28,139 bases of DNA from Candidatus Baldrarchaeota archaeon (GCA_019056805.1 DXJG01000017.1:1-28139), one strand, 5' to 3'; shown: positions 19,034 to 27,471, counted from the stretch's first letter. Notes: generated from the letters alone by a model not told the origin. Program-made: numbers and translations.

Positions 19034-20077
19034 TTATCTTTTGAAATGCTTGAAGAATATTTTCAATAAAAGCCATACGTACCCATATGACACTATAATT
19101 CTACATGAAATTACAAAGAAACATGTTATCAGTTTCATAATCCACCCCCTAGTTGTAATCAGGTAGTACATTATTGATGGTAACATGTATAGAAGAATTA
19201 ACAACTGATGAGTAACCAGTGCAAAAATCACAGCAATCGGTAAAATGAAGTAATATATTAGTCGTAGCGTGTAAAAAATATCCCCCTCCTTTACGAACTC
19301 ATGAACAGGTCTTTTTGGAAATCGATAAAAGTAGTAATGGAGAGTTGACTTAAAATAGTTCCACGTGCTTTTAACATTCTTTTTTCTAAGATTAAAATTT
19401 GTTTTCACGTCATTTCGGCGTAAGTGTATGCAATGAATCGTGTTATCGATTAATATTTTCCAACCTGCCTTACGAATCCTCACGAAATGCGCAGCTGCTT
19501 CCCAACTATCAAAGGGATACCCTCCTTTTTCGTAAAAGGGGCCCATAGCTTCTATTACCTCTGGACGAATTAACGAGGAAGTATGTTCTGCAGATTCAGC
19601 ATATCCATATCTCTTTGGTAATCTACTCATATATATCTTTTCGATGAAAGTAGGATTTTCCCTTACATTAGGAGCGTGGGCCCATCCAATTCTCGGATCT
19701 CGGTAAAAGTGTGATAGTAAGGTTTTCAATATTCTTGGAGGCACAATAACGTCACTTTCAGCCCAGAAAACAAAACCTTTCTTGTATTTTAAACAAACAT
19801 TTCTTACATGACCTAAACCTTTCTTACAAGTTCGGTCTATTATGATACTTTCGTATTCTGACTTAAATTTCTGTTTGAATTCTTTAAGCATCTCATAAGT
19901 CCCATCAGTAGAGCAATTATCAACAAAGACAAGTCGTAAAAGGTTCTTCGGATAATCGATATTATATAAGGCTTTAAGTGTATAGTTTAGACACCATTTG
20001 CTATTATAGACTGGCATGCAGATAGTTATGAACGGTAGGCTCTCTTGAGGATCCATGACCAACATCCAGTCTTTCAT
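19034..20077 (-). CDS. GT2 glycosyltransferase with C-terminal membrane helices
   Basis: ITICMPVYN, FVDNCSTDGT, FWAESD (variant DxD), C-terminal hydrophobic segments. Confidence 0.92.
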   Translation of the reverse strand: MKDWMLVMDPQESLPFITICMPVYNSKWCLNYTLKALYNIDYPKNLLRLVFVDNCSTDGTYEMLKEFKQKFKSEYESIIIDRTCKKGLGHVRNVCLKYKKGFVFWAESDVIVPPRILKTLLSHFYRDPRIGWAHAPNVRENPTFIEKIYMSRLPKRYGYAESAEHTSSLIRPEVIEAMGPFYEKGGYPFDSWEAAAHFVRIRKAGWKILIDNTIHCIHLRRNDVKTNFNLRKKNVKSTWNYFKSTLHYYFYRFPKRPVHEFVKEGDIFYTLRLIYYFILPIAVIFALVTHQLLILLYMLPSIMYYLITTRGWIMKLITCFFVISCRIIVSYGYVWLLLKIFFKHFKR

Positions 20078-20259
20078 TTTACAACATGGTTTTGAACTAA
20101 CATTATGATATTGCTAACTAAGCACTTCGAAGCAACTTTATCAATAGTTGAAATCATATGTTATTGTAAGGCTGTCTATGTTATCATCTTACGTAGATAG
20201 GCTACTATCTAACCTTTGTTATGACTGGTAAAGTTCTGAGAGATCATGTAGGGGTCTCG

Positions 20260-21261
20260 TCACAACGCCTTTATATATCTCAAAATTATTCCTATACCCT
20301 TGATGTTGGTTAGTGGTAATTTGATTATTTCGTTTAGCGTGTTTTGTTTGTTTTGTAGTCCTTTGGTTATTTTTTCAATGTAGCATTTGGTGATTTCTAG
20401 TAAATTTGGCTTGTATGGTGGGTAATTATTTTCTACATTGCTAAGTAGGATCTGGCTGGTGTTCGTTGAACCACCTATTAGAGTTTTTAAATATTGTTCT
20501 GTGAGGTTAAGTGTTGAGGTGAGGCCCTCGGTTTCAGCTAGCTTGATGAGCCTTTCTCGCGATTTTAGTTCTCTTAATCTGTAGTGAATGTCAAGTATGT
20601 CTGCTAAGTTTATCCTTAGTTCCTTGAGTATAGCGTGGGCGGCGGTTATAAGTGTGGAATATTCTATTGATGGTATGGGCAGTTTGATATCCACGTCGTT
20701 GTGTCTCACTTTGATGAGGTACTTACTTTTTAGGACGTTTTTTGTGTTTACATAGCTTATACTTGATGCTGCTAGTTTATAATGCACGTCTACCATTAGA
20801 TTTACGCCTTTTACATATTTGTATAGAGTTGTTTCTGCGGGCCCCCATCCTTCCACCTTTAGGTTTAGCTCTATCTTTAGCAACTTAATGAGTTGCTTGT
20901 ATTGGCTTTTTTCAACTAAAAGGTCGATATCGTCTCCAACGTAGATGAAAGGCTTGATAGTTTTGACGACGACTAGTTCGATGTTATGTTTTTTGGCTAG
21001 CTTACATATACTGTCCAATAGTATCAGATCTAGTACGAGTTTTTTCCTTAGCTTTTTTTCTTTTCTCCTCAGGGGACTTGGTAGGTTTATTGGGATTTCT
21101 AGTTTTTTTATTTGTTCCATAAAGAGTATTAACACCTTATTTTTGGATGAGAGCTCGGCTAGGGTTTTAAACTTTGTTCTTATGGCATTTTTTTCATTGT
21201 TTGTTAGCTCTTCTTTTGTTAGTGTTTTCATTAGGAGTTTTGTTAGGGTTAGAGGTTTCAT
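20260..21261 (-). CDS. Nucleotidyltransferase family protein (DNA pol beta fold)
   Basis: VVKTIKPFIYVGDDIDLLV with a D-x-D pair, later VDVHY and AAHAI. ATGA overlap with the upstream GT4. Confidence 0.8.
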   Translation of the reverse strand: MKPLTLTKLLMKTLTKEELTNNEKNAIRTKFKTLAELSSKNKVLILFMEQIKKLEIPINLPSPLRRKEKKLRKKLVLDLILLDSICKLAKKHNIELVVVKTIKPFIYVGDDIDLLVEKSQYKQLIKLLKIELNLKVEGWGPAETTLYKYVKGVNLMVDVHYKLAASSISYVNTKNVLKSKYLIKVRHNDVDIKLPIPSIEYSTLITAAHAILKELRINLADILDIHYRLRELKSRERLIKLAETEGLTSTLNLTEQYLKTLIGGSTNTSQILLSNVENNYPPYKPNLLEITKCYIEKITKGLQNKQNTLNEIIKLPLTNIKGIGIILRYIKAL

Positions 21262-22457
21262 TTTACCGTCTTTAGGTAAAGGTTTATGTGTTTTTTCGCT
21301 ATGCTACTCCAGTTATGTTGTTGTTTGAGGATTTTCATTTTCCTTTTTAGGGCTTTGCAACTTTTTTGGTTTAATAGGATCATCTCCACGGCTTTTCTTA
21401 ACTCCTCTTTATCATTTGGTTTTATCAATAGCATGTAATCTCTGTATTCGAGGAATCTAGGCATTTTGGTTGCTATCACAGGCTTTTCGTGCGCTATGGC
21501 TAGTGATAGAGGCCCACTTGCGGCTAGTATGTTTTCATCGAGATAGTTGAGGATTACAAGGTCAGCTTTGACGTGTAAATATTCGATTATTTTCCAGGGG
21601 TTGTTTATGAATAACTTTATTTTGTCTTGTAGTGCCATTTTGTTAATTTTGTTGATAATTTTTTTGAGGTATTTTGGGCTTTCTGGTGATGTTACGGGGT
21701 TGCATGAGCCAGCGATTATTAGGTTTAAGTTTTTTATGTTTTTTGAAATAGTATTGAATGTTTCGATTATTATTTCTATTCCTTTGTCGGGTCTTATGGT
21801 GCCGAATGTTAGGATTGTTTTTTTAGTTTTTTCTTCATTGTACTGTGTGTGTTTTGTCTGGGGGATTCCGTGCGGGATTACATAGAGCTTTTTCTCTGGG
21901 ATTCTGTATTCGTTCGTTAGTATATGTTTCATTATGTTGAGGTGGATAATGATAGCGTTAGATAGTGCGCATAGGATTTTTATGTAGGTGAATGCGAACA
22001 ACTTAAATAATGTTATTGAGAGTTTTGTTTTGTGGAATTTTTTGAAGTTATTGGTTAGGGTTTTAAGCGGTGTGAGGCCGTGTAGGGTTATTATGATTTT
22101 TTTGTTGCTGATTTTTAAGAGTAGAAGTAGTAAGAGTAGGTGGGTGGATTTTAATCCCCGTCCATAGAGCCAGTATTCGTGATGTACATGTAATAACTTT
22201 ACGTTGTCTTTGACTGCTTGTTTGAATACTTTAAACGGATATATTATAGATTTATGGTTCCATGAAAATTTTACGGTTAAGTTCTTTTTGATTTGGTTTG
22301 TGGTAGGCTTTGTAATGGAAGGGGGTCTGTGTGCGTATATTATGATTTTGAGGTTCTGTGTTATTGAAGATATGTTTGTGTAAAGGTATTTTGAGTAGTC
22401 AGCTAACCCACTTAGTTCGGGGGGGTAACTGGTTACTACTCCTATTTTAAAAGCCAT
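21258..22457 (-). CDS. GT4 glycosyltransferase
   Basis: SYPPELSGLADY, VIPHGI, FGTIRPDKGIE, ASGPLSLAIAHEKPVIAT. Confidence 0.92.
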   Translation of the reverse strand: MAFKIGVVTSYPPELSGLADYSKYLYTNISSITQNLKIIIYAHRPPSITKPTTNQIKKNLTVKFSWNHKSIIYPFKVFKQAVKDNVKLLHVHHEYWLYGRGLKSTHLLLLLLLLKISNKKIIITLHGLTPLKTLTNNFKKFHKTKLSITLFKLFAFTYIKILCALSNAIIIHLNIMKHILTNEYRIPEKKLYVIPHGIPQTKHTQYNEEKTKKTILTFGTIRPDKGIEIIIETFNTISKNIKNLNLIIAGSCNPVTSPESPKYLKKIINKINKMALQDKIKLFINNPWKIIEYLHVKADLVILNYLDENILAASGPLSLAIAHEKPVIATKMPRFLEYRDYMLLIKPNDKEELRKAVEMILLNQKSCKALKRKMKILKQQHNWSSIAKKHINLYLKTVK

Positions 22458-23392
22458 ATTGCTAAGACTCCGTAGATAAATCCTACTACGACTGTGGCTG
22501 TGAATAATATTGATAATGCCATGTGGATAAGTGTTCTTTTAGGCTTCTCGAGGAGATGTTTGGGGTATTTGAAGGCTAGTTTTTTAATTATTTCTTTGAG
22601 GTATTTACGTTCCACATTTAACGTTGTTGACTCTTCGTATGTCGTTTTGAGCAATGCTTTGGTTATGCCTTGGTTGAAGGCTCTTTTAATGAGATAGCTC
22701 AGCCTTATTCTATGTGCCAATATTCTATGGTGAATTATGGCTTTTGGATTGTATAGTATACCTTTGTTAAACTTTTTTAGACATCTGATGCAGAATTCTG
22801 TTTCGTCGCCCTGTGTTAGTTTTTCCCTTTTAAGTCCTAAGTTTTCGTTGAATAAACCTATGATGTTAAAAATTTCTCTCTTGAAAGAGATGTTTGAACC
22901 AAATGTGTTACGTACTTCGGTGATATTATTGGAATGCAGGGGGTTCGAGGTTAATCCGATGAGCCAGTAGAATTCTTCGGGTAGCCACCATGGTATTTTT
23001 CCCAATGGATATATAGGACCTCCTATGCCATAGGATGATGGATATTGGTTGTAGGTTTTCACTAGTTCTTCTACCCATTTGCCGTCAGCTATAGCATCGT
23101 CGTCCATAAAGCAAACGATTTCACCTTTTGCATTTAGGATGCCAAGATTCCTACTTGTTGAAATCCCTTTTTTACCTGAGTTGAGGAGCAGTCTAATGTT
23201 GTTTTTAGCTATGTTTTTCATTTTTTTGTGGAGTGTTTTGTAAAGTTTATGATTGTTATCTACGACCAATAATATTTCTATGTTAGGATATGTTTGTTGT
23301 AGTATGCTGTTTATTGCTTCCACTAGAAATTTTTTGTTTTCAGATTTATGAGTTGTTATGATGACCGAGACCAGGGGTTGTTGTGTTTTCAT
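22442..23392 (-). CDS. GT2 glycosyltransferase resembling haloarchaeal AglG-type hexuronosyltransferases
   Basis: VSVIITT, FMDDDAIAD, WLPEEFYWLIG, RNTFGSNISFKRE, GDETEFC. The AglG likeness is from recalled motifs and substrate is not established. Confidence 0.88.
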   Translation of the reverse strand: MKTQQPLVSVIITTHKSENKKFLVEAINSILQQTYPNIEILLVVDNNHKLYKTLHKKMKNIAKNNIRLLLNSGKKGISTSRNLGILNAKGEIVCFMDDDAIADGKWVEELVKTYNQYPSSYGIGGPIYPLGKIPWWLPEEFYWLIGLTSNPLHSNNITEVRNTFGSNISFKREIFNIIGLFNENLGLKREKLTQGDETEFCIRCLKKFNKGILYNPKAIIHHRILAHRIRLSYLIKRAFNQGITKALLKTTYEESTTLNVERKYLKEIIKKLAFKYPKHLLEKPKRTLIHMALSILFTATVVVGFIYGVLAIWLLK

Positions 23393-23410
23393 GCTCTGGT
23401 TTCTATAAGT

Positions 23411-24118
23411 TTATGTTAGTATCCTTATGATGTTCAGATGTGTTTCAGCTATGTTTTTGTTATCGGTTTTTTCGATTGGTACGTTTAATATTTTGGCTAT
23501 TTTTTTGTATAGTAATCTTTGGATTTCTATTAATTGGCGGGGTTCGCATATGTTGTTTCGTCTATTTTTAATGGTTTTGTAACTTGAATCTAGCATTATT
23601 AATTTTGTCTTGTCTTTTGCGAGTATTTTTAATAAAGTTTTCACGGGTATGCTTTGTAAGATCTCGAGGCTTTTTGTGGCTATTGTCATGTGGATTATTG
23701 TGTCTGGCAGATATCTGTCAGCTATTATTGTATAGCCAAAAAGTCTAGGTATATATACGTTTATTATCAGTTTAGTGATAACACTAATAAGTTCTAGCCA
23801 TGACCAGATGGTTCGACTTATACTGTTTGAGTAGGCAAGTATATGTGTAATTATGGCATTGGTAGGGAGTCTTAGTACGCTTTGTGGTGATATTTTTTCT
23901 AGGAATTTTAGCATGATGTAAGCTAATGTGTGATTATTCTTTATCCAGACATGTTTTACTTTAAACCCTTTTCTCTTAAGTTTATATGCCAGTAGTCTAG
24001 CATGTGTGGTTTTTCCAGCACCATCAGGGCCGAATATCGAAATAATATGGACTCTTCTTCCTACATGTGATGATATAGGTTTGTGAATGCCTTTTTGATC
24101 GTGAGGAAATGTTGGCAT
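23411..24118 (-). CDS. Thymidylate-kinase-like P-loop kinase (paralog 2)
   Basis: ISIFGPDGAGKTT and IIADRY. Start placed at ATG 24118 (235 aa, matching paralog 1). The longer ORF call overlaps the real gene 24190-24510. Confidence 0.83.
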   Translation of the reverse strand: MPTFPHDQKGIHKPISSHVGRRVHIISIFGPDGAGKTTHARLLAYKLKRKGFKVKHVWIKNNHTLAYIMLKFLEKISPQSVLRLPTNAIITHILAYSNSISRTIWSWLELISVITKLIINVYIPRLFGYTIIADRYLPDTIIHMTIATKSLEILQSIPVKTLLKILAKDKTKLIMLDSSYKTIKNRRNNICEPRQLIEIQRLLYKKIAKILNVPIEKTDNKNIAETHLNIIRILT

Positions 24119-24189
24119 GTCTGTATGACTTACGTTAGTTATGGGGATAGTAAAATAGATTTTGGAGAATTGAGAGTGTTCGTTATGAT

Positions 24190-24510
24190 TTATGTTTCTT
24201 TTTCTTCTTTTGTTTCTTGGGTTTCTAATTGTTTTAGTTCTTGTTCTAGTTCTTTTTCTATTTCTTCTATTGGTTTTGGTGGTGGTGTTGTTGCGAGGGT
24301 GTAGCCTATCCATGCTAGAATGAATAGTACTGCGGTCATTGCTAGCCATACTATTGTTATGGGTATGGTTATTAGGTTGATGTTTGGTGTTGGTATTATG
24401 TTTTGTAGGTTTGGAAATAGGATTAGTAGGAATCCGTAGACTGTGTATAGTATCCATATTATTATCGCTGCAACGAGCATGCCTCCTCCTATAATTCTAT
24501 CTTTACTCAA
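24190..24510 (-). CDS. Small two-TM membrane protein with a TTPPPKP + acidic coiled tail; DPM2-like candidate
   Basis: 106 aa: two hydrophobic helices, then AWIGYTLATTPPPKPIEEIEKE. Starts 27 bp downstream of a Dol-P-sugar synthase-like GT2. Confidence 0.8.
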   Translation of the reverse strand: MSKDRIIGGGMLVAAIIIWILYTVYGFLLILFPNLQNIIPTPNINLITIPITIVWLAMTAVLFILAWIGYTLATTPPPKPIEEIEKELEQELKQLETQETKEEKET

Positions 24511-24536
24511 AACTCATTCACCTCTACCTTTCTTTT

Positions 24537-25256
24537 TTATTTTGGGGTTGGTTTTGTTATGGCTGTTTTTAGGTTTGTGGTTATGTTTTTTATTATTTGC
24601 AGTGCTATTATTATTCCGTGTTTTATTTTTAGTTTTTTCATACCTAGACGTTTTCGATATTTTATTGGTATTTCTATGATCTTTTGTTTAAGGCTTTTTA
24701 TATAGTTGTTTATTTCTACTTCTATTTCGAAGTGTTTTGACATTGGTTTCCAGTTTTTTATTGTTTGCCATTTTATTGCGCGTAGTCCTGTTAGGGGGTC
24801 TTTCATTTTTACTTTGTTTAGGTAATGGTGTAGTGTTTTTAGTATTAGGTTTCCCAGACCATATATATCTGTTAGGTAGTTTTTTAGGGTGTGGGTGTGG
24901 AATCTGTCTCCTGTTACCATGCCTACGTCTGGGTTTTTTTCTAGGATTTGTATCATTTTTGCTGCTGGTTTTGCTGGGTATGTGTGGTCTCCATCGGTTA
25001 TTATTATGTATTTTGGGTTGTGGTTTTTTTGTTTTAGGTGTTGTATTGCTGTTTTTATTGCGTTTCCTTTTCCTTTTCCTTTTTGTTGTATTACTTCTGC
25101 TCCTAGGTTGCGGGCTATTTGCTGGGTTCCGTCGGTACTTCCTCCGTCTACTACAAGTATGTGGGCGTTTGGGAAAACTTTTTGGTATTCTTTTATTGTG
25201 GGTCCGATTCCGGGGGCTTCGTTTAGGGTTGGTATTATGATGGTGAGTTCGGTCAC
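24537..25256 (-). CDS. DPM1-like GT2 (polyprenol/dolichol-phosphate glycosyltransferase)
   Basis: IIIPTLNE, VVDGGSTDGT, GKGNA, ITDGDHTY, GDRF, DPLTGLRA, FEIEVE, EIPIKYRKRLG. Soluble 239 aa. GTG start after GGAGGAGG. Confidence 0.92.
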   Translation of the reverse strand: MTELTIIIPTLNEAPGIGPTIKEYQKVFPNAHILVVDGGSTDGTQQIARNLGAEVIQQKGKGKGNAIKTAIQHLKQKNHNPKYIIITDGDHTYPAKPAAKMIQILEKNPDVGMVTGDRFHTHTLKNYLTDIYGLGNLILKTLHHYLNKVKMKDPLTGLRAIKWQTIKNWKPMSKHFEIEVEINNYIKSLKQKIIEIPIKYRKRLGMKKLKIKHGIIIALQIIKNITTNLKTAITKPTPK

Positions 25257-25355
25257 TACGCCCCTCCTCCGTTCCCCTTTCCTTTTTCTCTTTGATTGTG
25301 TAAAATTAGTTCTTTGAATTTAATGGGATTGTAATTTAGATTTTGGGAATTGGAG

Positions 25356-25419
25356 TATTATATATATATATAGCCCAGGATAAAATTGGGCTACGGGTGG
25401 TTTTTTGTTGTTCCACCCG
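25356..25419. promoter_or_regulatory. Putative promoter/operator region: TA run plus two abutting 7-bp inverted repeats
   Basis: TATTATATATATATATA, then TAGCCCA-N9-TGGGCTA (25371-25393) and CGGGTGG-N12-CCACCCG (25394-25419), about 100-160 bp upstream of the first cluster gene. Confidence 0.4.
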
Positions 25420-25798
25420 CAAGTTTTGTCGTTTGTTGTTATTTGTAATGGTACCATACTATATGGGTAATTATATGTTATTGGGTTTGTGGTATATAAG
25501 GTTTAGTGTGGGTTGTTATTTGTATGGTCTTATATGTTCTGGGTTGTTTTTATTGTGTTTTGATGTTTTTTGTCTGGGTATTCTTGTTTTAAAGATGTTT
25601 TATTATATATTGTTGTAATAAATATTGCATCATTTTTGATAACGTTTTTACCAAGATTTTTAGGTTAATTTGTTTTCTTGTGTTATTATTGTTTTAGAAT
25701 TTAGTATATGTGTTTATGTTGAAAGGTATAAAGGGTCAAACTTAGGATTTTTATTTTTGGTTTTTGAATGTTGTAAAACTGTTTCTGGGAGATGGTTG

Positions 25799-25954
25799 AT
25801 GATTATAGAAATTGTGGATGAGAATTTTGAGAAGAGAGTTGGGGAGTGAGGGAAGTTCGCTGTTATTTTTCATGGTGTGGTTGAATACAGTTGTGGAGGG
25901 TATTTGGTTATGTTTGTTAGTGTTTGTGTAGATGATAGGATAGGTGTGTTGTGA
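25799..25954 (+). pseudogene. Possible thioredoxin-like remnant
   Basis: MIIEIVDENFEKRVGE*GKFAVIFHG...LVMFVSVCVDD resembles a thioredoxin N-terminus and the V-x-V-D strand. In-frame TGA at 25847, no WCxxC. Confidence 0.3.
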
Positions 25955-26045
25955 TGGTTGAAGTTTAAGGTTTGTTAAGCTGTGTGTTTTGGATTGGACA
26001 AAAGATATATATTGCTTTATGGCAATATGTCTTTATGGTGGTTTT

Positions 26046-26321
26046 ATGATTAGGGCAAAGATTGATGAGAGGCTTGAACGTAGGTTTAGGGAGTTGGCTA
26101 TGAAGAGGTTTGGTTATGGTAAGGGTGCTCTTAGTAAGGCTGTTGAGGAGGCTATTTTAAAATGGGTGTCTTTGGTTGGGAGGGAGGAAGTTATTTTTGA
26201 GGGGGATCCTGTGGAAGCTATAGATGGGTTGCTTTCAGATGTTAATATTGGTTCTGTGAGGCTTCAACATAAAATTAAGGAATTTTGGATGGGTAAGGTT
26301 GCTGGAAATGTATCTGGTTGA
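26046..26321 (+). CDS. Ribbon-helix-helix (CopG-like) antitoxin
   Basis: MIRAKIDERLERRFRELAMKRFGYGKGALSKAVEEAILKW has a beta-alpha-alpha pattern. ATG 26046 follows GGTGG. Overlaps the PIN gene. Confidence 0.8.
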   Translation: MIRAKIDERLERRFRELAMKRFGYGKGALSKAVEEAILKWVSLVGREEVIFEGDPVEAIDGLLSDVNIGSVRLQHKIKEFWMGKVAGNVSG

Positions 26322-26721
26322 TACAAATATTTTTCTTGAGGTATTGCTTTCGCAGAGAAGGAAGGATGAATGTAAGAAGTTTCTTGGTATGTTAAGGAAT
26401 GGAAAGGTGGAGGGTGTGGTGACTGATTTTACAATTCATTCAATAATAGTTTTGATGGATGGGCTTGGGAAGTTGGATGAGTTAAAGGTGTTTCTTTCAA
26501 GTCTTACAGCGTATAAGGGGCTATATGTATACACTACTTCCATATTTGATGAGGTAAATGCTGTTGAGGTTGCTAAGAAAAATAATTTGGATATGGATGA
26601 TGCAGTGCAATATGTAGCTGCTCTTTCAATAAATGCTGATGCAATAGTTTCTTTTGATCATGATTTCGATAATCTAGGAATACCTCGGAAGGAGCCTAAA
26701 CAAATAATTAAGGTGGTTTAG
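26308..26721 (+). CDS. vapC: PIN-domain (VapC-type) ribonuclease toxin
   Basis: YLVDTNIFLE, LDMDDAVQY and IVSFDHDFD carry the acidic PIN residues. 14-nt overlap with the upstream antitoxin. Confidence 0.92.
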   Translation: MYLVDTNIFLEVLLSQRRKDECKKFLGMLRNGKVEGVVTDFTIHSIIVLMDGLGKLDELKVFLSSLTAYKGLYVYTTSIFDEVNAVEVAKKNNLDMDDAVQYVAALSINADAIVSFDHDFDNLGIPRKEPKQIIKVV

Positions 26722-27091
26722 GACAGCTAGCTGTGTTGGTTATATTTTTATAATGTGCTGAGAAAGTGATAAGAATTGTTGGGAAACTTAAATCCGTTTT
26801 GAGATGTTTAATCTAGGTTTAGGAGATGAATGGACCTTAAACTATGTTTATTGGAAAATATGAAGTAATAGTTCCTGATGGTGGTTATCTACTTAAGTTT
26901 AGTTTAAGTTTTAGTGTGATGTTTATATTTGTATATGAGAATAGAAATATGAACCTCAATTCTGGTTAGCAGCTGTTAACCAGAGAGGATATTGAAAGAT
27001 GTTGTCAAGTTTTGGAATGGGTTGTGTTTGCTGGTTGTTGTGTGATGGTTGGTTTTATATATTTTGTTTTGTATTTTATTTTGGTGGTTTG

Positions 27092-27445
27092 ATGGTTGAG
27101 CTTAGTGATAAGGTTAAGGAGTTTATTACTAAAACTGTTAGGGAGGAAATTGTGAAGATTCTACCTTTAACCATTGTCACTAGGGAAGATTTACGATTAG
27201 CGATTGAAACAATGAATAAAAGGTTTGAGAATCTACAAAAAAACTTGGATAGGCGTTTTGAAGACTTGCAGAAATATTTGGATAGGTGTTTTGAGGCTGT
27301 TAATGGTCGTTTTGAGGATATGAATCGTAGGTTTGAAGATATGAATAAAAGGTTTGAGGATATGTTTCGTTTGCTTCGGTTAATGTTTATTGTTTTGTCT
27401 CTGCTTATTGCTGTTTTTGGCTTTCTAGGGATGTATATTGTTTAG
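27092..27445 (+). CDS. Membrane-anchored coiled-coil repeat protein (117 aa)
   Basis: ATG 27092 follows GGTGG. VTREDL, RFE-based repeats, C-terminal TM helix. Confidence 0.8.
   Translation: MVELSDKVKEFITKTVREEIVKILPLTIVTREDLRLAIETMNKRFENLQKNLDRRFEDLQKYLDRCFEAVNGRFEDMNRRFEDMNKRFEDMFRLLRLMFIVLSLLIAVFGFLGMYIV
27221..27370 (+). repeat. In-frame tandem repeats: 2 x 33 nt followed by 4 x 21 nt
   Basis: RFENLQKNLDR / RFEDLQKYLDR, then CFEAVNG / RFEDMNR / RFEDMNK / RFEDMFR. Confidence 0.9.
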
Positions 27446-27471
27446 TTAATATTTCGTGTTATTTAGTTTTA

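Noticed and set aside
20194-20211. 7-bp stem TAGATAG-gcta-CTATCTA near the skew boundary; similar near-palindrome at 6192-6210
   Set aside because: Short AT-rich stems are expected by chance. Their position near block edges is suggestive but unsupported.
24119-24457. N-terminal 113-aa extension of the 348-aa ORF (23411-24457)
   Set aside because: It is an alternate-frame read-through of the real gene 24190-24510, with low-complexity T/N/H/R content. The kinase domain starts near 24118.
3708-25618. Plus-strand ORFs opposite real genes (e.g. 3708, 4623, 6923, 10551, 11639, 14727, 20945, 21547, 22494, 22737, 24083, 24443, 24737, 24889) and 25343
   Set aside because: These are antisense shadows or low-complexity frames favoured by the extreme strand skew, which depletes stop codons. 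None has a recognisable motif.
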